Below are positions 50,174-62,290 of a stretch of 64,000 bases of DNA, piece by piece. The notes under the pieces are model-generated. The model ran no database searches and was not told the DNA's origin. It saw nothing but the letters and a program-made list of their open reading frames with translations. The DNA comes from the human T2T-CHM13v2.0 reference genome, Homo sapiens. A program made the position numbers and the translations under genes. Location of the stretch: the NCBI RefSeq assembly GCF_009914755.1, contig NC_060947.1; one strand, 5' to 3'. Numbering within the stretch: the first letter of the stretch is position 1; each line of letters opens with the position of its first letter.

Positions 50174-51729
50174 GAGCTCATAGACTGTGGACATACTGAG
50201 GTGACAGATTAGCCTCTTGTTTCTCAGTTCTCCCTAAAGAAAGGGAATGCAAATGGAATACAAATGCAATGGCTAGAACTATAACCTACACTGTCATAGG
50301 GTTTGTTCTCTATGTTCATTATATTTGAAGCAATGATAAACCCTCCTATTCTTCTCTCAGTTGTTAATATACCTTTTCTTCCCAAGGCAGCCATTAAGAT
50401 CCCATGTCCTTTTTTATATGAAGCAATTACATTTGTTAACACATTTGAAAGGGGGACATTTTAACAGCTTGATCTCCAGAACAGCCTCCATTTCTTTTAG
50501 GGTAAGAATGACAAAAACAAAAAGATGGATGACAACTGTGTCATACCTAAAAATCTTACATTTATATTCATAATCTTTTACATTGGAAAAGCTTTAAAAA
50601 TTATAATGAATTCACTAAAAATGTATGATAGAACTGCCAAGAACATCGGGAGCATTAGTTTTTGCCTGAAATTTAAGATTCTTTAACTGGGTCAGGAATA
50701 TCTTGCTAAGAGCACTCCTCTCAGACACTGTCATTTTGTACTTTCCTTCCAAAAACATCAATCTCAAAAGAGATATGTGCACAAATTAATGAGAGGATTT
50801 TTTTCAAGATGCTGAATAAATTTGATCTGAAAAAAGAGCAAGGCTCTCCATTGACGCCTTTCTCATGCCCTACTTTGGTTAGAACCTGACTTTCCCTCCC
50901 CACCTGGCTGAGCTGTCCCTCCTCGAAGTGAAGCAATTTCCTGGTATGAATATAGATGTTAAACCCTGCTGGCCAAGTGGAAGCAGAGGCAGTGTTTCAA
51001 AATCAATGCACCATTAAAAAAAATCAATATATTCAATTCAAAAATTCAATATATTGTCTTATTTTAAAAGGAGTCAAGAATTAAAAACACAAAAAGTAGG
51101 TTGGAAGTAACCCAGATATTTTGTCTTACATAATATTTTCACTTATAATACTGTAAATTTAAAAAGAAAATGTGCCATATTTATATTGTAGGAGAAGAAA
51201 TGTAAAGAGTTGCCTTTTTCTAACACACTTTCTCATGTATATAGAAATACATTCTAAAATACATTGTAAGACAATTTTTTTCTTCCCTTTCACAAAATTT
51301 CCAAAGTAGAAGGCAACCGAGGGCATTAGTTGTATTTCACGGTAGAGAAGTTACCATCATTCTTTAGAGGAGATTTTATTATGATATCTGACTTATTTCT
51401 TTATATATTCTCCTTATCATGTTTTCAATTTATAGTTTTTTACTATCCCAGGCCAAACATAACATAAAATAAAATTAGAGGAATTTGTAGCTAATTCTAC
51501 ATTTCCAAATGAATTATTCAATTACAAGTTTCATTGGTGTTTTAGTGGGTTATGACTTAATCAATTCTTCTTCCATATTTACCTAATGGAATTTATCTTT
51601 ATTTCAATAAGCCAAGCAATTGAATTTTTTGAAGGAAATAAATCAATGTATGTTTCTTAACATGTAAAATTTCTCACTGATATGTAAAAAATTTAAGTCT
51701 TTAAATTTAGATTAAAAACCCATAATATA

Positions 51730-52075
51730 TTGAGCCATAAAAAGAGATGAAGTATTGACACATGCTATAACATGAATGAACATTGAAAACATTATGCTAA
51801 GTGAAAGAAGCCAATTATAAAAGACCAGATATTGTATGGTTCCATTAATATGAAATGTCTAGAGTTAGCAAATGTGTAGTAGATTGGCAGCTGCTTAGCA
51901 GTATAAGCTAAAGGGTATAGGGTTTCTTTAGGGGCAATGAAAATATTCTAAAATTGGTTGTAGTAATGGCTGCACAACTCTGTGAATATACTTAAAACCA
52001 TAGAATTGTATACTCTAAATGGGTGAATTGTATGGTATGTGAATTATATCTCAATAAAGCTGTTACGAAAAAAAG
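51730..52075 (+). mobile_element. L1MB 3' end
   Basis: gaaaacattatgctaagtgaaagaagcc...gaattatatctcaataaagctgtt. Confidence 0.85.
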
Positions 52076-52139
52076 ATCAAATTTTCAAAATCCAATAGCA
52101 ATATTTTCTGTGTCAGTGAGCAAGAAATTCAATTAATCT

Positions 52140-53015
52140 CTAACTCTGTAATGTCTTAAGCTGTTCATTCACTAAACAGAAATCAAATACTGAGTTAACA
52201 CGCGTAGAGAGAGGACAAGGATGAAACTCCCATCTTGAGTTGAACACAGAAGCCAGGCAAAGTGGAGTGTGATTTTTCTTTTTTAAAGTAGTGCTATATA
52301 AAATATGCTTTGCAATTATAGAGGAAGAGGTGGTAACTTGTATTTCAGTGAGTCAGGAGTCAGAAGGGGCATGGAAGAAACAATATTTGGGTTGAAGAAG
52401 GAGATGGAATGGGAAGTATGGAAGGGCAGGAGATGAGAGGACAGCAGTTATTTATGGGTAATGAGGTTACAACGTGAGTTTAGGCCAGAACATGGAAGAT
52501 TTCATATGTCCTGCTAAATTTGCTCTTATTTGTTTGTTTGTCTGGTTTTTTGTTTGTTTGTTTGTTTTTTGTAGGCTCTAGGACACTGTTACAAATGTGT
52601 CTTGTATGTAAGCAGATACTTACATACTTTTACATACAGCTAGGTAATGGTCCAGGTTGAAGAGTCAAAGACAGCCCCAGCCAAGGCAGTAGATGTGGAG
52701 AGGAGGAGAGCTTTGATTTTTAACGTATCTTAGAGGCAGAATCAACAGAGTTTGTTAACTGACAGATCCTGGGGATGAAGACTGAAGGAAAGAATGATGA
52801 AAGATGGAAGATGATGCAAAAGTTTTTATGTTGGGTGGCTGTGATGTTGCTATTAAACTATAGAACACCAGAGGGGAAAGGATGAAAGGTAAAATAATGA
52901 GTTGAGTCACTATGTTGAAAATGAGATGACTTTGAGATATGCAGTTGGAATCATGGGTTTGAATTAAAGGGAAAATTGGAGCTACATATATTTTGGAAGT
53001 CATCATGAATATGGA
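52140..53015 (-). mobile_element. L2 remnant
   Basis: cattcactaaacagaa...gaggcagaatcaacagagtttg...tttggaagtcatca; degenerate. Confidence 0.55.
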
Positions 53016-53039
53016 AGACAATTAAACTGCCAACATAAT

Positions 53040-53225
53040 AAATGTTTTTCAAAATTATTTCATTTAATGTCCATGGCAACTCTGAGCTGTACATTATTTT
53101 TACTGATGAAGACCCTGAGAGATTCTGGGAGATTAAGTAACTTTCCAGAAGCCACATAGCTAGTAAGCTGCAGAGCCAGGATTCAACTAACTCTCACTAA
53201 ATGTGAAGCCTATGCTTTTCCCTCT
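53040..53225 (-). mobile_element. MIR SINE
   Basis: tactgatgaagaccctgag...gattaagtaactttccagaagccacatagctagtaag...gagccaggattcaa. Confidence 0.75.
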
Positions 53226-54830
53226 GTGTCTTGCTGATCTTTTCTAAGTCACACAGTCATTGCAGTAGGTGGGCTCATCCAGAAAAAGTCTGTAGAGTGG
53301 GGAGAGAATAGGCACAATATTGGGTGTGATGGAAAAATCCAATGTAGCTTGTTTGTAGTTTATATTCCAAAAGGGGAAGGTAATAAAAGGTGCGACTGAG
53401 AAGGACCATAGCCACTCTGCTATAGTGATGCTTTCACCTGACAATAGCTGTTACTTGGCTTCCCAGAAAACATTTCATTAGGCTCTTTGAGTGAACATGC
53501 CTTTTTGACTCTACAGAATAAAGAGAATTGAGAAGTCAAGAACACTTAGGCAGCAATAAGAGAAAGGGTGTCCTGGATTGCCAGCTTTTCAATTTCAACA
53601 CAATGCTTTAAAGGCTGTCAAGTGGTCATTAGGTAGCCAAATTGGTAGCTGACCACCAGTCAGATACATCTCTCTTTTAAATCTAGTACATTTGTTTGAT
53701 CCTTCTACTACATCTCTGGAGAAAAGGCTTTAATTTTCATCTTAGTTTTTCATTTCAACAAAACGAAATACAAATTTTGGGGTAGACACTAGCAAACAGT
53801 AACTATATTCCATTAAATGTTGAAATGTTTTCAAAATTAATGCATTCACTCATATATTTAATGCACTTTCATTGACAATACACTGCCCTTGCCTTCTAGA
53901 AGACTACAGTTTAGCTGCAGAGAGAAGCCAGTCTTTAATGGTCTTAAATCATGAGTAGTTTTAATGAGAAGCAGCCAGAAGAGAGGAAAAGGGTGAAGAT
54001 GCAGACCAGCCCTTGAGGAGAGAGGGTGTGATGCACAGCACAGGTGAAAAGATTCACCTATGAAAAGGGGACATGACTCTTCAAATGTAACAGCTAGAGG
54101 AGAAGAAAGATTGCGTGCAAATGCAATTGGATGACAAGACAATTGAGAGAATTTCTGTTTAATGACTTCTATTATTTTTCCTGTGAAATTTTCTTCTGAA
54201 AATCAAGGGGAAAGTTTCAAACAAGCAGAGATATTTAGAACAATATTATGTCCCAAACACAAAGATGTCTACACCATAAACACAAGAGAACAGAATTACC
54301 GGAGCTGGAAAGGCAATTCTGAGTGCACAGAAGAAAGAGACATCAATGCAATATGATCCAGCCATACAGCTTGCTGATAGAGGGTTTGATGGGACATGAG
54401 TATGAAACTGGAAAATATTAAGGAGTAAAAAAGAGGTAGCACTACAGATCTGTTGCTTCAGCTAGACATTTGATAGGTGCCTTATAATACAAATAAGTGG
54501 TTAAGATCCCTTTGAGTGCCTAAAAGGCAGATATTTCATGATTTTTATTGACAGAAGACTAAGGCCATGGTCCTTAAGCTTGGCTACATGTTGGAATCAC
54601 CTATGGTTGTAGTAACCTATGGCTGTGTAACCAATTGCCACAAAACTTGGTAGCTTAAAACAATGAGCACTTACTGTCTCACATACTTTCTGTGGGTCAG
54701 GAATTTAGAAGTAGCTTAGCTGGGAGTTCTGGCTCAGCATCTCTTGCACATTGGCAATCAAGATGTCAGTTCAGGCTTTAGTCATCTGAAGGCTTGACTG
54801 GGGTTTCCAACGTGGCTGTTGGTAGAAAGC

Positions 54831-55203
54831 TGTATTAGTCAGAGTTCTCCAGAAAAACAGAACCAATAGGATATATGTGTATGTATACACACACACACAC
54901 ACACACACACATAGGATATACATATATCCTATTGGTTGGTTTTATATATTTTTTCCTATTGATTCTATATATATAACACATATAATAGATTATATATATA
55001 ACATATATTATATATATAACATATATAATATATAACATATATAATCTATTATATATGTTATATATAATAAATTATATGTTATATATTATATAATATATAT
55101 GTTACATATTATATATTATATATGTTACATAATATATATTATATATATTGCTGGAAAGGCAATTCTAAGTGCATATACACACACACACACACACACACAC
55201 GTC

Positions 55204-55245
<42 letters not shown>

Positions 55246-55695
55246 GAGAGAGAGAGAGAGATTTATTATAAGGAACTGGCTCATTTACATGATTATCGAA
55301 GCTGAGTAGTCCCAAGATCTGCAGTCAGCAAGCTGGAGATCCAGGAGAGCCAATGATATAGTTCCAGTCCAAGTCTGAAGACCTGAGAACCAGGAGAGCT
55401 GGTGGTGTTGATTCCAGCCCAAAAGCTGGCAGTTGGAGTTCTAAGGTCGGAAAAGACCAATGTTTCACTTCAAGTAGTCAGGCAGAAGTAGTTCCATCTT
55501 ACTCAGCCTTTTTGTTCTGTTTAGGTCTTCAATCAATCAGATGAGGCCCACCCACATTAGGAGGGCAATCTGCTTTACTCAGCCTACTGATTCAAATGTT
55601 AATCTCATCTGAAAATACTCTCACATACACACAGAGAATAATGTATGACCAAATATCTGGCCTAGTCAAGTTGACACATAAAATTAACCATCACA
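54831..55695 (-). mobile_element. MLT2B-like ERVL solo LTR with expanded microsatellite
   Basis: tgtattagtcagagttctccagaaaaacagaaccaatagga...aagttgacacataaaattaaccatcaca. Confidence 0.88.
54871..55260. repeat. Compound (CA)n / (TA)-rich / (CA)n(GA)n low-complexity tract
   Basis: Seen directly; includes inverted repeats described under findings. Confidence 0.95.
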
Positions 55696-55905
55696 AAGAC
55701 CTCAATTCCTTGCTGGCTGTTAGCAGGAGGCCTCAGATCTTTGCAAGGTAGGACTCTTCCTAGGGCTGCTTGAGTGTCCTCATGGCAGGTTGGCTGGCTT
55801 TCCCCAAAACATGTGATCTAAAAAAGAAAACCAAATAGAAGTCTCAATATGTTTTGCGACCAAGTTTTGGAAATCACACACAGTCACTACCATATTCTCA
55901 TGTTA

Positions 55906-56232
<327 letters not shown>

Positions 56233-56638
56233 AGAAATAAGTCATTAAATCTAACCCACTCTCAAAGAGGGGGGAGTTAAGTTTTGCTTCTTGAAGAAAG
56301 GAATATCAAAGAATTTGTGGATATATTTTAAAACCACATCTCGGGAGCTTAAAAAAATACTTATACTGGCTACCACCCCTAGCCTTTTTGACTTGGTATG
56401 TGATGAGTAAAAGCTCCCTAGGTGATTCTAATGGGTAGCCAAGTGTTTCCTCTATCATATGCATCCACTCTTGTGTCTCTTATAACTCTAAGACCTTAGC
56501 AAGCAAGCACACAGCCCTGTGATGGGCAATTTGTCAGCCTTAATGTTATACCATATCATGCAAGCGGGTGTGAAAACTTCCTATGATAAAAAACTCAGTA
56601 TCATTAAAGAACTTTATAAAATTCAAAATGCTTTTCTT

Positions 56639-56980
56639 TCCTGTTTTGTTTTTGTTTTTTTTTTGTTTTTGTTTTTGTTTTTTTTGAGACAGAGACTCAC
56701 TCTGTTGCTCAGGCTGGAATGCGGTGGCGTGATCTTGGTGGCGCGATCTTGGCTCACTGCAAGCTCCGCCTCCCAGGTTCACGCCATTCTCTTGCCTCAG
56801 CCTCCCAAGTAGCTGGGACTACAGGCACCTGCCACCACACCTGGCTAATTTTTTGTATTTTTAGTAGAGACGGGGTTTCACCGTGTTAGCCAGGATGATC
56901 TCGATCTCCTGACATCGTGATCCACCCGCCTCGGCCTCCCAAAGTGCTGGGATTACAGGCGTGAGCCACCGTGCCCAGCC
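56639..56980 (-). mobile_element. AluY with a 14-bp internal tandem duplication (56723-56750)
   Basis: AluY diagnostics; 17-bp TSD ttcaaaatgcttttctt at 56622-56638 and 56981-56997. Confidence 0.95.
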
Positions 56981-57250
56981 TTCAAAATGCTTTTCTTAAC
57001 ACAAAGAAATAAGCAATATGTTTTACAGAGAGGTATGATACCCAAAAGGAGAGTATTTAATACACTGCATTTTCAAAATCATATGTAGTCTAAAACAAAG
57101 ATATAAAATAAAACAAATACAAGAGACTTCTGGCTAAGTATGAAGTCAAAAACTTATAAATAAAAGCATAAATCATGAATATTTTGAGCCTATAAAGGAT
57201 CAGATGCTTGATAATTCATGACAGAACGTGATCAAGTCTGACTTTGGGAG

Positions 57251-57999
57251 TGTGACGGTTAGGGTTTTCTTGTCAACTTGGCTAGGCTATAGTAACCAGT
57301 TATTTAATCAAACACCAATTTAGATACTGATGTAAAGGTATTTTGTAGATATGATTAAGAGAATAGAAAATTCCAGGCAGCAGTTTCACATGACAAAAAG
57401 GAAACTGGTGAAATTGCTGCATAAGCTAAGGGCCAATAAGATCCTAAAAAACAGGATGTGGACCATGCTGGCTGGACTGACTGGACCGAATATGGCACTA
57501 GAAATGACCTAGGTTTCACCCAGAACCTCATTATATGCTCATTAACATACTAAACCACATACCTGCCAGCACCATGACTGTTCCAGGAACATTCATATTT
57601 GGTGCAAAAATGAGTGGCACCACAGTTCTGAGAAATCTTAATGTTTTTCCAGAAATGTTCATGATTATTCCACCCCGTGGTTAAAGAAACCCATAAAGAT
57701 AGAAACCCCAAACACTGTTGGTGCAACTCACTCTCTTGAGTACTCACACTCCCCTTTCTTGAGTGTGTACTTTTGCTTTGCAAAAAATCTCCACACTTTC
57801 ACTATTTTCTGACTTATCTTTAAATTCCTTCTCGCAAAGTTGTCAAGGGCCCAGACACTGGCCAGGGTTGAAGTCCTACCAGTGTTTGGGGACCTCCTCT
57901 AGCCCACCAGTATCATTAAGATATACAGATATACAGGTATAGATACAGATCTGTATGTATTCTATTAGTTCTGTTTCGCTGGCAAACCCTGACTGATAC
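57251..57999 (+). mobile_element. MLT2D-like LTR, internally deleted and split by a MER41-like LTR
   Basis: tgtgacggtt...tgtcaacttggctaggcta...aaggtattttgtagatatgattaa ... ctattagttctgtttcgctggcaaaccctgactgataca. Confidence 0.8.
57359..57915 (+). mobile_element. MER41D/E-like ERV1 solo LTR
   Basis: aattccaggcagcagtttcacatgac...cattatatgctcattaacatac...ccagcaccatgactgttcc...gagtgtgtacttttgctttgc; ttaa on both flanks. Confidence 0.7.
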
Positions 58000-58830
58000 A
58001 GATCTTGGTATTGGGAAGTGAGGTGCTGCTGTAACAAATATCTAAAAATGTGGAAGTGGCTTTGGAATTGAGTAATGAGTAGAAGCTGAAAGAATTTTGA
58101 AGAGCTTGATAGAAAAAGCCTAGATTGCCTTGAAGAGATGGTTGATGGTAATATAGACGTTAAAGGTGACAGGGTTCAGAGGGAAGTGAGGAGCACAGTA
58201 GAGAAAGCTTCTATCAATTCAGAATACATGTATCATCATGAACAGAATACTAGTAGAAATATAAATGTTAAAGGTACTTCTGATAAGACCTCAGACAGAA
58301 AATGTTGTTGGACACTGAAAGAAAGGTGATCTTTATTATAAAGTGGCAGAGAATGTGGCTGAATTGTATTCTAGTGTTTTTTGGGAAATAGAATTTGTAA
58401 GTAATGAACTTGGATATCTAACTGAGGAGATTTCCAAGCAAAGTATGGTAAGTGTTGTCTAGTTTCTCCTTGCTGCTTATAGCAAGACTCTAGAAGAAAG
58501 AGATAAATTGAGGAGAGAATTGTTATGTAAAAAGGAACCAGAACTTGATGATCTGGAAAATCCTCAGTCTATTCAGATAACAGCAAAATGTGAGAGAGTA
58601 TGCTCTAGAAAGAACATCAACGGTGTGACTAGACAACCATTTGGTAAAGAGATTATGGATCCAATCAACCATCTCAGCAGCAGCCACGGATATTGATAGA
58701 GGTATACAGGAAGGATCTATGAAGAACACTCATGTCTAATGGCTCAGAACCCTGTGACTTTCATGGAAGGCCGACAAACTGTTGAAAATTTTAGACCAGT
58801 AGAAACACTGTTAAACTGAGAGGGACAGAC
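58000..58830 (+). mobile_element. MaLR (MLT1) internal sequence
   Basis: gaagtgaggtgctgctgtaacaaatatctaaaaatgtggaagtggctttggaa...gaacttggatatctaactgaggagatttccaagcaaag. Confidence 0.85.
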
Positions 58831-59125
58831 AGGAGAATGCCATGTGAATACAGCAACACACAGAATGTCATGTGAAGACAGAGGCAGAGATTGGAATGAT
58901 GCATCTACAAGCTAAGGAAAGCCAAAAATTGCCAGCAACCGCCACAAGTTAGGAAGACACAAGAAAAAATCCTCTAGAGCTTTCAGAGAGAGAGAGAGAG
59001 AATGGCTTTACCAGTACCATGACTTTAGACTTCTAGCTTCCAGAAAGGCGAGAGACTAAATTTCTATTGTTTTAAACCACGCAGTTTGTGGTACTTTGTT
59101 ACAGCAACCCTAGGAAACTAATACA
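58831..59125 (+). mobile_element. MLT1B/C LTR, 3' part
   Basis: catgtgaagacagaggcagagattggaatgatgcatctacaagc...cagcaaccctaggaaactaataca. Confidence 0.85.
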
Positions 59126-59965
59126 GGAGGTATCAAAAACACATATTGACTAGCTGAAGTTTCCTCTTGTACGGAACCCACATGTATTCTGTACCTGCTT
59201 GGGGAACAGCAGATAAACATTTTAATAAACATTAGACTACATTAATTAAATAATTTAATTGCATGATTTCATTTAAAACATGGCTTAAGATATTTTGAAA
59301 GTTATAGTACTTGTCATTTTGGTCTGTTTGCATCTTCCTTGATCTCCAATTTCCTCATTTCCCCTCTGGCATGATTGCAAAAATACAATATTTTTGTATG
59401 TGAAATCCAATGAAATAAGCAACAGTGTTCTTTTGACAAACACCACTGCTCATTAGTAAGTAATCTGAATTCTGCTTGGGCTTTGTTTACATGCTGAGCT
59501 GATAATTGTCAGTCATTTTGATATGCACAGTGAACGACCATAGCAGTAGAAATTACCGAAGCAGAAGAAGAAGCAGAAGCAGAAGCACCACATTGATTAG
59601 ATTGACCGTGGGCGTGGCTGCTGGAAGCATTCTCAAATGGTGGTGCCATGGCATGGGCTTCCAAATCCCTGTGACCTAAGTAGCTGGGACCTAACGGTCA
59701 TCAATGGTTCCAGTCTCTGAGTTCATGTTCTGTTAATCAGGCAAATTTTTTCAGCTCTTGGAAGAGTCAGGATTTGGCTACATTGCACTCTTCTTTCAGG
59801 TCTTTAAAATGCAAGGAATTCTATTCATCAGCTGATACTGATCTCACCAACCATTAATCACTTCCTCCCACAAACAGTTGTTTCTTGTTAGGGCCTCTGG
59901 GGATGTGGCCCATCTTCAGCCACATACAACCAAGCACCTGAGTGAAAGGAAGGCCGCTTAGACAA

Positions 59966-60235
59966 CAGGATTCCTCAAACTACAGGTCATTACCCATTGG
60001 TGAGTTGTGAAATCATTTGATGGGTTATAAACAGATTTTTCTTAAAAAACAAAATAGAATAGGATAGATTAAATGGAATAGAAAATATCAGAATGTGTGT
60101 CATGTAGTAAAGTGTTTCATAAACTTTTTTCCATTTATTGATTTTACCGTGTGTGCATGTGTGTGTGTGTACTGGGTCATGACAAAATCCTATATCCTTC
60201 TGGGGATCGTGTTTTTCAAAGTTTGAAAAACATAG
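59966..60235. mobile_element. MER102-like hAT element
   Basis: ctcaaactacaggtcattacccattggtgagttgtgaaatca...aatagaaaatatcagaatg...aaagtttgaaaaaca. Confidence 0.7.
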
Positions 60236-60559
60236 CTCTAGGGCATGATCATTAGCTCAAAATTCCCTTCAGTTTAAAAATGACCACTGGCCCCTTATAC
60301 AGTTCATGTAGCCACCCTTCTATTTATTCTTATTAACACCATGTCCTCAGGCCATGAGGACTGAGGACTGCCAGAAACAATGAATTTCAAAGACTCTAGT
60401 CCCGAGAAAACATAAACAAATGGGCAAAATGGACAATAAGAAGCGCTCTGTGACTTAGTCTCCTTTAAGAGCCTTATGATTTCCTTGAAACCTTGGGACT
60501 GTGGTCACATGATTTATCTTCCTCCCTTTGCTGTAGCAAGTTTAGATACTAAAGATACA

Positions 60560-61420
60560 TGAATCATGGCTCCTTATGGTGCTCCCTGATGGATTGTGAA
60601 GATAAACATTACAGATAATATCATTCGAGGCAATGTTTTAAGTGGTGTTGAGGGTGGGGTTAAGGAAAACAAGGTAGGCTGCTACCAAGGATAAGATGTT
60701 CTTAAAAGACAACTAGGAGTTTGCCAGTCAGACAAGGGGGAGGAAGGGCACTTCAGGTAGAGAAAAAAATATATATGCAGGGTACATGAAATGAATGCCA
60801 ACTCCATAAAACTTGGTGTATTATAGGATGGCATGGCATCATATGATGCAGCTGAAATGTTGGGTCACACAGCAGAATGGTGGACCATGGGTAAAGAGGG
60901 AAGGCAGAGACCAAATTACAGAGGGAAAGCCTTGGAAGCTATATTAAAGAGTTCAGACATTATTCTGTAGTTATGGGAAACCACTGAGGGGTCTAAACTT
61001 CTAATAAAGTAATCAGATTTGCAATATAGAAAGATCATTTTCTAAGGACAGCTGAGTCAATTGCTGGGAGCAGGGGTGGTAAGCTGACTGGAGGCAGGAA
61101 AATTCAATGGGACACTATTAGTGCCACAGATCAGATGAGATATGGTGGGGACCTAAGGAAAGTGCAGGGAAAGCAGAGGAAGGAATGAAAATAAGAGATT
61201 TTTAGAGATGAAAATTTTAAAAATTGAAAATTGGTGAAGAAGCCAAAGTCTTGGATAACCCCCGATGCTTCTTGATTGAGTGGTTGGATGGGTGGTGGAC
61301 AGGAATATGGGAAGAGAAATAACATATGAGGACAGATGAGTTCAGTTTGGCCCAGATTGAATTAATGTGCCTATAGGATGTCCAGGTGAATTAGGATGTT
61401 GGACACTTGGATCTGGCATT
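60560..61420 (-). mobile_element. L2 remnant
   Basis: taggagtttgccag...attctgtagttatgggaaaccactgagggg...gatgagttcagtttgg...gtccaggtg. Confidence 0.65.
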
Positions 61421-62290
61421 CCCTTTCTTTTGTTTTGTAAGCTGAAGTGCAATCAAACAATCCAAGAAATGCACAGGCCTTCAGTCAATAAATTCTTTCC
61501 TTTAAAGTCATCAGGCTATGATTTCTACCATGTTCTTTTGAAATGAATTTCAGACAGAGAAAGTGTCAATATGCATGGAATACAAGACATTCTGAAAAAA
61601 TTAGAGCACAAATGCTGGTATCTTCAGATCTTAGGTAGTGCTAAAACTTGAACAAATTCTTGTCATTCCAGTATATGACAATCAAGTTTCATTATGAGAG
61701 CCAAGATGTTTGCATGGGTGGAGAAGAGTTAACCAGGGTCCTGATCTCACAAATTTGTCTCTAACTCCAAGAAACCAACCAGTTTGTATACACAAAAAGA
61801 ACTGGTTATGAACAATCCAGGCTCAAGTTCTCCCAAAGGGAATGATTTTTATTACTAGGGACAAGGTGTATAGATCAACCAGGGATTTCAAGACCTGTAT
61901 GTTGATTAGCCACAGGCATGTACTGTGCTGGGGCAAAGCAGAGATGCTACTTGGATTTCAGCCATAAACTTGGCATCAGCAAATGCTATTGCAGAATAAG
62001 GCTTCAGTTTAATCTATTATCTTAAAAAAACTCAGGAATTCCTTTGCCACTCAGTATTTTTAAATGATCCCCATGTGTTTCTTCACCAATGAAGAAATTA
62101 CATTTCGAAATGCCTTTTGAAGGGAAATTACCTAATAACAGCTCCTTGGGTGTGTATGTCTGTGTGTGGAAGGGGAGGGAGATTAAGGAGGAGAAGAAAC
62201 TCCTGCCAACTTTTTTCTTTCTTTCTTTCTTTTTCTGGTTGGGGGAGGAGCATCACGTAGACATCAGAAACGTTAAAATGAGGAAAATTA

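Noticed and set aside
54835-55305. ORFs rich in Y/I/H/T
   Set aside because: Translation of (TA)n and (CA)n microsatellites
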